Positions 39,882-52,195 of a stretch of DNA of 64,000 nucleotides are shown here, piece after piece. The DNA is taken from NCBI GenBank assembly GCA_964106915.2, contig OZ066915.1. The stretch is one strand, 5' to 3'. The notes under the pieces were generated by a model. That model did not search any database. It was not told the DNA's origin and saw only the letters and a list, made by a program, of their open reading frames with translations. The position numbers were made by a program, and so were the translations under genes. How positions within the stretch are numbered: the stretch's first letter is position 1; the number at the start of each line of letters is the position of its first letter. Origin of the DNA: Podarcis gaigeae. Its lineage: Eukaryota.

Positions 39882-40123
39882 CAGTGGTACCTCAGGTTAC
39901 ATATGCTTCAGGTTACATATGCTTCAGGTTACAGACTCCGCTAACCCAGAAATAGTGCTTCATGTTAAGAACTTTGCTTCAGGATGAGAACAGAAATTGT
40001 GCTCTGGTGGCGTGGCAGCAGCAGGAGGCCCCATTAGCTAAAGTGGTGCTTCTGGTTAAGAACAGTTTCAGGTTAAGTACGGACCTCCAGAATGAATTAA
40101 GTACTTAACCTGGGGTACCACTG
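39882..40123 (-). mobile_element. Tc1/mariner MITE, family A
   Basis: TA|cagtggtacctcaggttac ... ggggtaccactg|TA; reverse of 6982-7222 with two 16-bp units. Confidence 0.92.
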
Positions 40124-40959
40124 TATTATATTCCCCAAAATATTGATAATAAAAAGCTCAGAATGCAACCTTTTCAGAAGTATGAGTTGTGTAGCAGGTT
40201 TTCTCTTTTGGAGACCTTTTATGCCAAGTCTTCATTCTTATTTTCAAGCTCCAAAGGAATTCAAAGAGATATTTGGGGTGAGGAGCTGAAAGGAACAGGG
40301 CTGTGCTGTCTGGGGCTGATGGGAGTCGTAGTTCAAAACATCTGGAGGGCAGCAGCTTAGCAAAGAATGATCTAAGCTCTTTCTGATCTTATCTAAACCA
40401 TCTGATGAATAGTTTCAGTTCACTCCCAGCAGTGCATCTACCTAGATTAGACCAAATCGGCATATGATAGTCCTCATTTTACAGAAAAGTAACCTGCAAT
40501 CCACCTGCTCCTAATCTGTAATATTGTGTGTGTGTGTGAGAGAGAGAGAAATTATGACACAGTGGTGACAATAGAACACTCAGGTAATTTAAAGTTATAA
40601 TAGTAACCAGTGATAGTAGAATCTGGTTACTGTTATAATCAGTATATAATTTTTACACAAACACTTTATAATTTGGCTGTGGAATTTTCCAGGTTTTCAG
40701 TTTTAAACAGAGTGTGGACTTCTCAAAAGTGGCATTCTTGTTTCCATTTTGCAGTAACATGAAGCAGTTCAATGCTGGATTTTATCCTGTTGAAATACTA
40801 TCTATTTAAATTCATTTTAACCTATCTATGTATTAAATTGAATATCCTATTGAGATTTCAATTATGCATGAATATGGTACACTTGTTTGTTACTAAGGTG
40901 ACTAATGTGTCAAGGTTATGTTGATGCTGTACCATTAAAAATGAAATAATAATACAAAA

Positions 40960-41852
40960 AAGATGTTGACAAGCTGGAACGTGTGCAGAAGAAGGCAACC
41001 AAGATGTTCAGGGGTCTGGAAACTAAGCCTTATGAGGAGCGCTTGAAGGAGCTGGGTATGCTTAGCCTGGAAAAGAGGAGACTAGATGTTGCTGTTGTTT
41101 AGTCGTTTAGTCATGTCCGACTCTTCGTGACCCCATGGACCAGAGCACGCCAGGCACTCCTGTCTTTCACTGCCTCCCGCAGTTTGGTCAGACTCTATGT
41201 TTGTAGCTTCGAGAACACTGTCCAACCATCTCGTCCTCTGTCGTCCCCTTCTTCTTGTGCCCTCCATCTTTTCCAACATCAGGGTCTTTTCCAAGGAGTC
41301 TTCTCTTCTCATGAGGTGGCCAAAGTATTGGAGCCTCAGCTTCACGATCTGTCCTTCCAGTGAGCACTCAGGGCTGATTTCCTTCAGAATGGATACATTT
41401 GATCTTCTTGCAGTCCATGGGACTCTCAAGAGTCTCCTCCAGCACCATAATTCAAAAGCATCAATTCTTCGGCGATCAGCATTCTTTATGGTCCAGCTCT
41501 CACTTCCATACATCACTAGGAGATAAGATAGCCATCTTCAAATAACTGAAGAGCTGTTGTATGGAAGAAGGAGCGTGCTTGTTTTCTCTTGCTCTGGAGG
41601 GTAGGACTCGTACCAATGGCTTCAATTTGCAAGAAATGAGATTTCGACTGAACATTCAGAAAAACTTTTTGACAGTAAGCTGTTCAGCCGTGGAACAGAC
41701 TCCTACGAGAAGTGGGACTCTCCTTCCTTGGAGGTTTTTAAGCAGAGGTTGGATGGCCATCTGTCATGGATGCTCTAGCTGAGATTCCTGCAGAGCAGGG
41801 GTTGGACTAGATGACCCTTGGAGGCACTTCCAACTCTAAGACTCTATGATTC
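40960..41852 (+). mobile_element. CR1 LINE 3' fragment interrupted by BovB
   Basis: Left part encodes [40 protein letters not shown]; right part continues (..LFSLALEGRTRTNGFNLQEMRFRLNIQKNFLTV) to the CR1 3' end ggactagatgaccc...tccaactc...ctatgattc. Confidence 0.92.
41087..41517 (-). mobile_element. BovB (RTE clade) LINE 3' fragment nested in CR1
   Basis: MYGSESWTIKNADRRRIDAFELWCWRRLLRVPWTARRSN...LQYFGHLMRREDSLEKTLML; 3' end gtcacgaagagtcggacatgactaaacgactaaacaac. Confidence 0.95.
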
Positions 41853-44029
41853 CTTGAAAAAGAAAGAATGTAATGCTGTCTAAAATCATTACATCCTATA
41901 GAATAAAGTTTGGACAGCATCCTTCAGTTCAGATGTAGTTCTGTGAAATTACCTGTTTCATAGCTTAAATCTAATGTTGTTTTTGCATTGCACTGCAAAT
42001 GTATCACTGGGAGGCTATTTTAAGATATATTTATTAAGGGAGTAGGTACAGTTACACAAGTTATTGCAGCCCACATTTTCTTCTTTGGCTTTTCCTTTTA
42101 TGCTGTTTCGGTTGATTACTGAATGCAAGTTTCTAACTTTTACTGGGGTTTATTGGACCCATATTTTTATTGAGGCCAATAGTACAGAAAGTGATTTTAA
42201 TAATTGTAAATATGAACATATCAATGGCTTGTGAGCTGATCTGTATATCAGGAAAAAATAGCCTTCTTGCACCACTTTAGAAGGCTGATAGAAGATCACT
42301 TGTCTAAACGTTCTTCTTGTATAAACTTAACTCCTTGTACATAGAAAACTTGATTCATTAGGAAATATTAGCTAACATTCTTTTCCACGTCATATTAGCT
42401 TTACTCAGACATGTGGGGGGAACATTTAATCATGCAACCCTCTTCCTATATTCTTCAGTTGTACAGTCCCAGCAGAGTTCTGCCTCATGTTAAAAAACAA
42501 GGCTGGCCCTCCGCTAGAACTGCACCTTAGTCTCACAGAAGCAAGTGAAAAGAGAAAACTGAATAGCTTGATATATAACTCTTCCCAGTAATAATAATGT
42601 TCAGCACTGCTGAAGATTTAGAGCAGGTTTGATGGCCACTAGCAATTAAGTTGTGTATGGTTGCGAACTCCTTTCCTGACAGAGCTCCCCTCACCTACAT
42701 TACAGAGAAATAAATAGAATACTAAACTATCAATGAACAGTAATGCCACAACTGTTGTGTTTGTGTCCCTGTCATGCAGCCATTAAAAGGCACAGGAAGC
42801 TGTTTCCTACCTTTATGGGAACTTTGATGTTGGGCTGGTGAACTGTCTTCTTACAATGTCTGCATGAAGCAGATATTGTTGGTGGAAAGGTGCTCTGATA
42901 GAAAATTTTAGCAGAATAATTTCAGATAAAGCAATTAACCTTTTCCATTAAGCTAAGTAAGGAAGAGGATTATTGTGAGTGGGGAGGAGGCTGGAAGATA
43001 TTTTATTAAGTTCTTATCCCCACATTTTTTTTAAAGTAAGTTCACATATTTCATGTCATTCTGGACACTTGGCCCGTTTTTGCAAATCCGCTTCATTGAA
43101 CAACCAAGCCATGGTAATTTGTGCCGTTGTAACATCCGCTTTGGCTACTGTCACACATGTGGATATGCTTTTAGAGCAGTCCTGTATTTAAGCTCTCGCT
43201 CATCTGTTAGCAATGGCAACAAGAAATTCCATGCTGGCGAGGTCATACAAGAGAGGAAGCAGGCTGGTGGAAGAGGGACCAAGCTCTTCTTGGTTTCTGT
43301 GCTTCTGTTTCTCCCTTTGGTGCCAATGAGAATTCCTGCCTGCCCGCCTCCACCTCATAGCTGTTTGGATGTGTGCATGATTGTCCTGATCATGGCTGCA
43401 AATGCTCCAGTTCCCACATGCTGTGTGCCCAGTAACTATTGGGGAAATCACCTTCTATAATTGATTCAAGAGAACACACTGGATGTAGTTGCACACTAAA
43501 CAGTAAGCATAACATGTGGTTTGGCCCTCCATCAATAGGCAGGGCAGAATGTTTAAATAAATAAGCAAGTAAAATGAAAGCTCTTTTTTAATTTGAGATG
43601 TAGTCATTAGTCTAAAAATGTAATTCAAGATTTAACATCTGAGTGATGTGCTGATCTCGTTACATTTCTGCCCTTGAAAATACAGTGGCTGTCAATGATA
43701 ATGGCTGATATTAAGCTACGTTTTGAACTCCCTTCCATTTTTTATCCAGACACCATCTCTATTATGGTAAAATATGGTAGACTTCATCATAAGCTTTACG
43801 GAAATTAGGATACATTATGTCCACAGCATTCCTGTGATGCACCAATCTTGTAACACTATCAAAGAAGATAAGAGATCTGTCAGTTATAAGAAACCCATGC
43901 TTTAGTACCATTGGGTGCAACTCATCAGGCCTGGATATTTGAATTCATTTAAAATAGCTAGGTGTTCTCTTACCACCTCTTTTCATATCATGGGCTGCAG
44001 CTCCCTCTTTGCATAATTTAGTCTGTTAT

Positions 44030-44370
44030 CACTAGGTTGGGCATCACTTTCCTTTTGTGTGAAGAACAAGGCAGAGTACTTGTTGAGCAATTCCACCTTT
44101 TCTCTGTCACCCAATAGCATTTCTCCTTGCTTGCTCTTTCTCTTGCTGTGAACTTATCCAAAGAAACCTTCTAAAATTAATTTTAACTTCTCTTGCAAGC
44201 CTGAGCTCATTCTGAGCTTTGGCCTGCCTGACCTTCTCCCTGCAACTGTTGGTTACTTGTGTATACTCCTCCTTTGTAATTTCCCCTTTCTTTCATTTCT
44301 TATACATGCCCGTCTTAAATCACAGATCATCTGTCAGCTTATGCAGACACTGGTTTCTTTAGGTGCTTCC
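44030..44370 (-). mobile_element. Degraded CR1 ORF2 internal fragment
   Basis: Minus-strand translation ..KGEITKEEYTQVTNSCREKVRQAKAQNELRLAREVK.., typical of the CR1 ORF2 region between endonuclease and RT. Confidence 0.8.
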
Positions 44371-44533
44371 TATAGTCTTGGCTTCCCCCAAAGAATCCTG
44401 GATACTGCCATTTGTTAAGGGTGCTGAGAGTTGTTAGGCCCCTATTTCCTTCCCAAAGCTAAAATTGTGTAGGCAGAGGCTTATATTATATCATTCATTT
44501 TATATATATTGTAGGAGATTGAATTGCCATAGG

Positions 44534-44640
44534 AAGAAGTTTTAGACTTGATACCCCGCCTTTCACTCCCCTTAAGGAGTCTCAAAGCGGCTAACAATCT
44601 CCTTTCCCTTCCTCCTCCGCAACAAACTCTCTGTGGGATA
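44534..44640 (-). mobile_element. Squam3-type SINE 3' half
   Basis: Reverse complement matches 28178-28265. Confidence 0.8.
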
Positions 44641-44666
44641 GGGATGGTTGAGATTTGGATTCCAAA

Positions 44667-44821
44667 CTTACGAGAAGAATAAGGAATCTGGAAGAAATAA
44701 TTTTTAATAAAGACTGGGGGAAATTATTGAATATTTGAAAATTTATTGTAAGCAACTTAAAACATTAGCAGAGTTAATGTAAAACGAGCAGTAAAGATAA
44801 CTTAAGGAAATTTAGAGAAAA

Positions 44822-44872
<51 letters not shown>

Positions 44873-45032
44873 GGAATTAATCTGGATATGCAGCAATAAA
44901 TATAAAATGGAATGAACCACAGATTGGGGGGGGGGGAGTTGATTTGAAGTTATTTTCTGTTTTGTTAATTTGTATGATTTGTTGTAAAATGGGAAAATAA
45001 TAAATAAACTTATTAATAAAAGTAATAAAAAA
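44667..45032 (+). mobile_element. L1-clade LINE, 5'-truncated 3' end
   Basis: Encodes LTRRIRNLEEIIFNKDWG (frameshift) ..EYLKIYCKQLKTLAELM*, then an AT-rich UTR with a G-run and aataaa; flanked by tggattccaaa (44656-44666, 45039-45049). Confidence 0.75.
44818..44872. repeat. (AAAT)n microsatellite within the L1 3' UTR
   Basis: About 13 units. Confidence 0.96.
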
Positions 45033-46123
45033 GAGAGATGGATTCCAAAGCATTTATATACTACAACTTCTGTGTAAGGGATGAAGTGGTGAATTCAGGC
45101 TCACATTTTTTTGTGAATAACCAAATCCCAAATGCTTCCCATATTCTTCAATTTGCTTTTAGTCTGTAATGGACATCCTTTTATTTACCACAAATGACAT
45201 GTTCTCTTTGATCATTACTTTAAAATACAGCTAATATGAAATAAGAAGGGTGGGTTCTTTTCGTTTTTTGGTTTGCAGCACAAGGTACTGCTTAGTGTCA
45301 CATCCCAATCTCATCCCCAGACAAGTGGTTTGTCCAAAGTTACAACACCTCCCACTACGAGAAAAAAGGAGCCCAAAAGCAACGAAGCACACAATTACAT
45401 GATGAAAAACAATAAAATGTACCTTCTAACACATACCTCCAGTGATTGTATGACTTTATTATAAAAATTAAATGTAATTGCATTTCCAGGCCTTGCATGA
45501 AAAACACCTTACAGAGAAAAGTCTTTGTTTAACTTCAGATTTCCAAAAGGAGCAGCTCACTTGCTGCATAGCAGCCATATCTTAAATGGGATTTGAGAAG
45601 TTTCAGTCAGAATAATTGAAAGCCATGGCTCTGAAACATATGAAATAAGTTATTGGAGATGTCTTGAACTTGTACCCGTCTCTTGTTTTCCTAACAAAGA
45701 ATACTGGGCGAAGCATGGTTGTGGACACATGAAAAGAGAGGCAATGCAGAAGGAGATACCTTTAGGCAGGGGGTGCATCTGTGGATCTTACTATGTGCAC
45801 TGTGACAGGAAGCAGGTGCTTCAATGCCTCACACTTATTCTTGATGTCCAAGTGGGATTATTTTTTTTTAGCTCCCTCCCCATCTTCAGTGGTGAGATGT
45901 GAAAGTTATCTATGAATCAGAACCTATTCATTTCATTAGTGATGAGGGTGGGAAGAGAAGACGGGCAAGTTCTCCTTTTGACATGATAAAACAGTGTGGC
46001 AAGCAGCTAAGGTCCTTGTGATTCCTGTTGTCTGTGCATCTCGTACAGCCTGAAGCTTATTTGAATGAAGAGATAAGCTTGTAAGAACAGTGGGCTGAAA
46101 ATGTCCATCACCACATTTGTTGG

Positions 46124-46585
46124 CAGGGCCGGATTTAGGTTTGATGAGGCCCTAAGCTACTGAAGGTAATGGGGCCCTTTATATGTCCAGCTGTCCTTTG
46201 GCAACAACAAATTGTTGCTGTTTTTTGTGTTGAAGAGTCGGACACGACTAAATGACTAAACAAAAACAACAAAAAATAGGTATCTAAAGCCATTTGCACA
46301 TGTTGCCATGTAACCAGTCCATGCAGAATGTAGGAACCCTATATATAGAAATGAGCAAACCAGTGATATTTTTAAGGAGCAGGCTAGCAGGCAGGGCCTA
46401 TTACTTACATCATATGAGCCTATACAACACAAAACACTGTTGCTGTATGTAGGTTTTATTTTGTTTTTATCTTACATTTTGGAGATGTACATCCAGTCCC
46501 CCCCCCCATTAATGTTTTTGGGGGCACCGAAGAGAGTGGGGCCCTAATCTATAGCTTGTTTAGCTTATACGTAAATCTGGTACTG
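46124..46585. mobile_element. hAT-like non-autonomous DNA transposon
   Basis: Imperfect TIRs cagggccggattta / taaatctggtactg; subterminal ggccctaa motifs; no clear TSD. Confidence 0.65.
46232..46272 (+). mobile_element. Ultra-short BovB-type 3' tail inside the hAT-like element
   Basis: gaagagtcggacacgactaaatgactaaacaaaaacaac is nearly the reverse complement of 41087-41126. Confidence 0.75.
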
Positions 46586-47723
46586 TTCTTCATATCATTC
46601 ATTTGTGAAAGTAGGGACCGTTTTTGGAGGCTTTTGTGTGGTGGGGGCTTAGTATAATAGATATGAGATGGCATAGAGGAATGTCAAACTCTCTTAAAAA
46701 AAAACAACGGTTGAAAACTTTGTCAGTGCTTCTAGCGGTGGCAAACAGACAAAATGTGTGAGTTTAGCCACTGATCTGTTCCCCGAAAGGAACACTTCTC
46801 ATAATCTCTGTTGCCTTTTGAAGTGGTGGCTTTCAGTCTTTCTTTTCTTTCTTTTTTAAGAGGAAGAAAAAAGACTTGATTCTTTCCTCTGCCACCTCAT
46901 ACTGTAACTGCTGTGGTAAGTCTCCTTTCTTAACAACATTTTAAAGAAATAGATGCTCCCCACTGACTATCAAAATCGTTCCAGGCCAGCTTTCCCTCAG
47001 CCACTGAAAACACAAGAAAATGCTGAAGTGAAAACTGCAGCCCAGAACTAACTTACTAACCATCACCACAGTATCTTAAATAGATTGGAAATGAGTATAT
47101 TGATACTTGAAAATGAGAAGGGAAGATGCACAGGCCTAGAAGAGATTCTGATGCCCAGAAGAAGGAAACTACTAAAATATGTATGGTGTGAAAATATAGA
47201 CGTGAAGTTTTCAAGGAAAGTATTTGTATATGACTCACGTGGGAGGTGGGGAAAAGGCAGATTCTGTAACTGTGGAAAGGGAGAAGAATGACAGGATTGC
47301 ACTAGTATCCAGGAGTTGTTAAATAAAATAATATGCTTATTTGAATGGGGTATTACTCTGTAGCAGGAAAGATTGTGGATAGCATCCTGCCATTCTTTCA
47401 TGCTAAAGATCTGTATTTCATTCCCAAATTAAGAGACTAAGTATTACCACAATACTTTGCTTCCCCTTGTGTTCGTTTTCAATCCGCATTTCCTGTTACC
47501 AAGCCGGATCGCTTAATCTCACACTTACCCTTAACTTGCTTTTTATCCTTATCCTTTGCAATTGATATGTTCCTCTTCAATTGACCTCTCCCCAAGTTCT
47601 CCTCAACTGCCTTTTTTCCTGAAGCATACAGCTTTGGATATGATCCATAGTGAATTGCTTACTCTGCAATCAAATGCAGAATTAAACAGATTTATTCTCC
47701 TTCATATGAAAAACTCAGGATTT

Positions 47724-47724
<1 letters not shown>

Positions 47725-47773
<49 letters not shown>

Positions 47774-47957
47774 TTTTTATTTATACCCCGCCCTCCCCAG
47801 CCAAGGCCGGGCTCAGAGCGTCTTACAAGCAATAATAAAAACAAGATGAATTATTACAACTTAAAAACAAAAATAAAATACAACATTCAAATAATGGAAC
47901 ATTAAAATATTAAAATGTAGCCTCATCGCAGGAGGAGAAGGAAAAGAAAGAAAGAGG

Positions 47958-47997
<40 letters not shown>

Positions 47998-48502
47998 AGG
48001 GAATCAAACTGGCTCCAAGCCAAAGGCCAGGCGGAACAACTCTGTCTTACAGGCCCTGCGGAAAGAAATCAGATCCTGCAGGGCCCTGGTCTCATGAGGC
48101 AGAGCGTTCCACCAGGCCGGAGCCAGAGTTGAAAAGGCCCTGGCTCTGGTTGAAGCCAATCTAACTTCCTTAGGGCCCGGGACCACTAGGGTGTTATTAT
48201 TTATGGACCTTGAGGCTCTCCGTGGGGCATACCAGGAGAGGCGGTCCCGTAGGTACGAGGGTCCTAGGCCGTGAAGGGCTTTAAAGGTCAAAAGCAGCAC
48301 CTTAAATCTGACCCTGTACTCCACCGGGAGCCAGTGCAGCTTGAAAAGCACTGGGTGAATATGCTCCCATGGCAGAGACCCCGTGAGGAGCCTCGCTGCA
48401 GCATTCTGTACCCGCTGGAGTTTCTGGGACAGCTTCAAGGGCAGCCCCGCATAGAGCGAATTACAGTAGTCAAGCCTGGAGATGACCGTCGCATGGATCA
48501 GC
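47725..48502 (-). mobile_element. L2-clade LINE 3' fragment, young, with (TTA)n tail
   Basis: Open ORF 48004..48504 LIHATVISRLDYCNSLYAGLPLKLSQKLQRVQNAAARLL...LHWLPVEYRVRFK; the 3' UTR ends in (AAT)x16 on the + strand (47725-47773). Confidence 0.95.
47962..47991. repeat. (GA)n microsatellite within the L2 3' UTR
   Basis: About 15 units. Confidence 0.95.
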
Positions 48503-49019
48503 AAAAATGCACTTTGGTTATTCAGACGTCTAAAATGTGTGGGGCTACAGAGTAAAAAAATATGAAATAGTGTTTTTCACCTTCAAAGATGTAACTAGTA
48601 ATAATTTGTTGGACTTCAAGAGGAATTCATTTAGTTTATATAAATATTTACAGGTGCTTTTTGACCCCACATGGGCCTCCAAAGCAACCCAGAGAACACA
48701 ATAAGAACAATTAAAAATAAAATAACCAGTTAAAATTTAATCAAATTATTCAGTTATGTGAATTAGATATACAAGCCCAGAAACAGAAGGTAAAAAAGAA
48801 TATTTTCATTTTAATAGTGCTTCTCAATCTCTCTTACTTTAGTGTGCCTTCTAAGGAATGGGAACTAGGCGCAACTAAGTTACAGCACAATATTATGCAT
48901 GACTAGTCAGAAGTAATGAATTTAATTAGGCTTCCCCTTACATATGTGGATATAGGACTGTACACTTACCTGGGAGTTAGCGTCATTCAAAACTAATAGC
49001 TTATAAGTAAACATACACA

Positions 49020-49390
49020 AGAGGGGTGGGAAACCCCTTTGGCTCTGTGGGGTCAGATCCTTTTCTGGTCCCACTGTGAGGCAAACCTTGACAGGTGGGT
49101 TGCCTCATCCACTTGTCGAAATACCTTGTGTGGGGTTCTGAAGCACCACATTGCCTGGCCTGTGCTTGTTGATTCCTTCCTGCTTGCAGCCAGTTCCTAC
49201 AAAGGCATCTTTATTTCTCCCCTCTCCATCAGCTCACAGGGAGGTGAGAAAGAAGTAAGCTACCAACGTAGAATTGCAGTCTATCCTCCTGCCCATCAGC
49301 TGATGTCACAAGTGACAGGTGAGCATGGTTGGGGGAAATGGCATCTCAGGCCAAATTTGATCCATGGCAAGCCCAGGTTCCCCACCCCTG
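49020..49390. mobile_element. Old hAT-like non-autonomous element
   Basis: Ends aggggtgggaaacc / ggttccccacccctg are inverted repeats. Confidence 0.6.
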
Positions 49391-51295
49391 ATGTACAGGA
49401 TTTTATTATTAGTCCATAGTGTTTTTGTGCATGACTGTATATACATATATGATCACATACATGATTTTCAAATTGCTGGCAAGCTTTTTTAAAAGAAGTG
49501 GTGGATAAATTTTATGGCAAATAGGTCGTAAGTGGACAGTGAATTGCAGGTATGTGTAGCAACATAGCTGCCGTTTCCCATTAATATATAAGTATTGCCA
49601 ATGTTATTCAGTAGTTCCCAGCCATTCTAAGGCTGATTTTTGTTCTTCTGTTGTCCGGTAGAGTCCAGGAAAGGAGTAAAATTGGATTAGCATTGATAAT
49701 GCATTAAACCAGCCTATTAATATCGACAAGCTGTCAGTGTTGTTATAATGCTATTGTAGTAACCTGAGTAAACTGGTAACATTTTTATACGGCCACATAG
49801 TAATCTCAAAATTATCAGGCCACAAAGGTGATCTTCGTTTTGATCCTTCCATCTTCACCCAATTTCCTTCGTAATCTTACCACACTTACGGATTTGCTCC
49901 CATCCCACCATTTATTTATTTATTTATTTAAACCTTACTGACATTCCTCTCCACCCCACCCACACAAATCCCAAGGCAGCGCTTTCAGAATGTTTAATAG
50001 CAGTACTTAGCATTTATAAGCTGCTTTCAAAGTGCTTCACATATATTACCTCAGTGATTTTATAAAGCAGGTGTATATTGTATATCTATATTGTATATAG
50101 AGGATGGAGGCCAAGAGAAGATAGCTTATTGGAGACTATTTAAGCTGCAATTCTTTATGCATTTTCCTGTGAGTAAGTCCTTTTCAACTCAGCGGAGCTT
50201 ACTTCTGAGTAGATGTGCCATAGGCAGGCTGGCATAATGAATTCATATATGAGGCAGGATTTGAACTGACGGCTTCCCAGCTATCAGGTTATACTCTTAG
50301 CCATGTGGTAGGGGACAGTGGGGTCGGGTGGCGGTGATCCCGCTGGTGAATTTGCACTAAACTGACCTTGCCACTGCCTGGACCCTTTCGTCCCAGTATG
50401 CAGCAGCAACACAGGCAACTGTGGAGGCCTGGTGAATGCCAACACTCCCACCTGCTATCTGTTACTATCCACGCCACTCAAAACCTACAAAAATTACTGG
50501 GCCCAAATTCTTCAGCTCAGTCCTGGTCAAAATAGATTTCTGTTTCTTTTGAGAACACTTCTCAAAGTTCCCCTGGGGGGTCCTTTCAATGGAAATTCCT
50601 AAGATCAACAGCTGACTTTTGCTGTGTTCTTCTCCTTAATTCTTTATCATCTGTTTGTCAAACTGATGGCCACTGAATTAATAGGCGTCTCAGGCAGGAT
50701 GCTATGGGCTGCAGAAAAGGGCAAAGTAGGTATTTTCTTCAGTGTTTATCTCCAGTTTCCTTATGAAAATTTGTTGCAAATGGGAAATGAAAAAAAGGGC
50801 TGCTTTTTCATAGCCAGAAAAGGCCATCAAAGTAAGGGATCACTTAATGCAAAAGAAATCTGTGCAAAGATTAGGAAGCCACCTTATACTGAGTCAGATC
50901 ATTGGTCCATCTACCTCAGGGCAGGATTGGAGAATTATATAGTAGAAATGGTGCAAAAAATAAGGAAAGGTATAGCTATATGGTGCTGCAAGCAACCCTT
51001 CCTTGCACATTTTAACAAGCATTTTTAGAAAAACGTTAGATGAAGATTAAGTGATGTCCTATCATTCGAATAAACCTGCTCACTGGAGCTAAAGTTATTC
51101 GTTAAATGGTGTAAAAACTATGAATTATGTAATGATGATTACTATGATCAACAATCGCAGATAAGTTGAATGCTGTGCAGTTGGTTTTTATTAATGATTA
51201 TTATGTGTGTGCGTTTTTGTTTAGATTTTTAACTCACCCTGTCTTAAGGTGGGTCAGAGCTGGAAACTGCATATTATAATATTTAATCGGGGGAA

Positions 51296-51489
51296 NNNNN
51301 NNNNNNNNNNNNNNNNNNNNNNNNNNNNNNNNNNNNNNNNNNNNNNNNNNNNNNNNNNNNNNNNNNNNNNNNNNNNNNNNNNNNNNNNNNNNNNNNNNNN
51401 NNNNNNNNNNNNNNNNNNNNNNNNNNNNNNNNNNNNNNNNNNNNNNNNNNNNNNNNNNNNNNNNNNNNNNNNNNNNNNNNNNNNNNNNN
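51296..51489. other. N block (194 bp)
   Basis: Run of N. Confidence 0.99.
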
Positions 51490-52195
51490 TTAAAGAGGAT
51501 GGTTGTCACCCACTATATATAAGCATAATTAGCTTATATGTGTTTTGTAGAGGTACCATATAGACAGGGCTTCCATTTTATCCCATGAACTGTTTTTATT
51601 CTGAGCATAGATTCCTGAAGCCTTTGGAACTGTTGATGCCTTCTCACTACACAGGTAAAGCAGTTTCAAATCTGTTTCATCCTTCATGGCTCTCAAATAA
51701 TAAAATCATAATCCTTAATATTGTAGTTTTGTGAAAGGGCTAGAGGAACACCATTCAAAAATTCAGAGCATTGTCACAGAAGAAAATGTTTTCAGGGTTT
51801 TGAGTTGTCAGAAACCATTCGGTGAGAACTAGAACTGCTGCTCACTCCCTTGCTGTAATTGTATGCAGCACCAGCTGGGAATATTGTGAGACTGGTACAA
51901 CTGCAGTTGTATATGCTGATGGTATCTAGCTATACATCTTGTTAATGATGAAGGCGGTGATAATGGCCTTTTGCATTGTTCTGACATAATAAGTTTGATG
52001 CAAGATTTTAGCAACAGTAGTGCATTCACCTGCAGGCTGGAACATCCAGTCTGGAGGGCCCTACCCTCAACTTCACTGCCTCCTCATCCCACTGCATCCT
52101 GATAAACACATTCAACTATCACTGCCAGGAGGGTGCCACACTGCTCCCCTCCTCTGCACAGCTGCTGGTTTTTAACCAGGCCTAAGTGATGCTAA

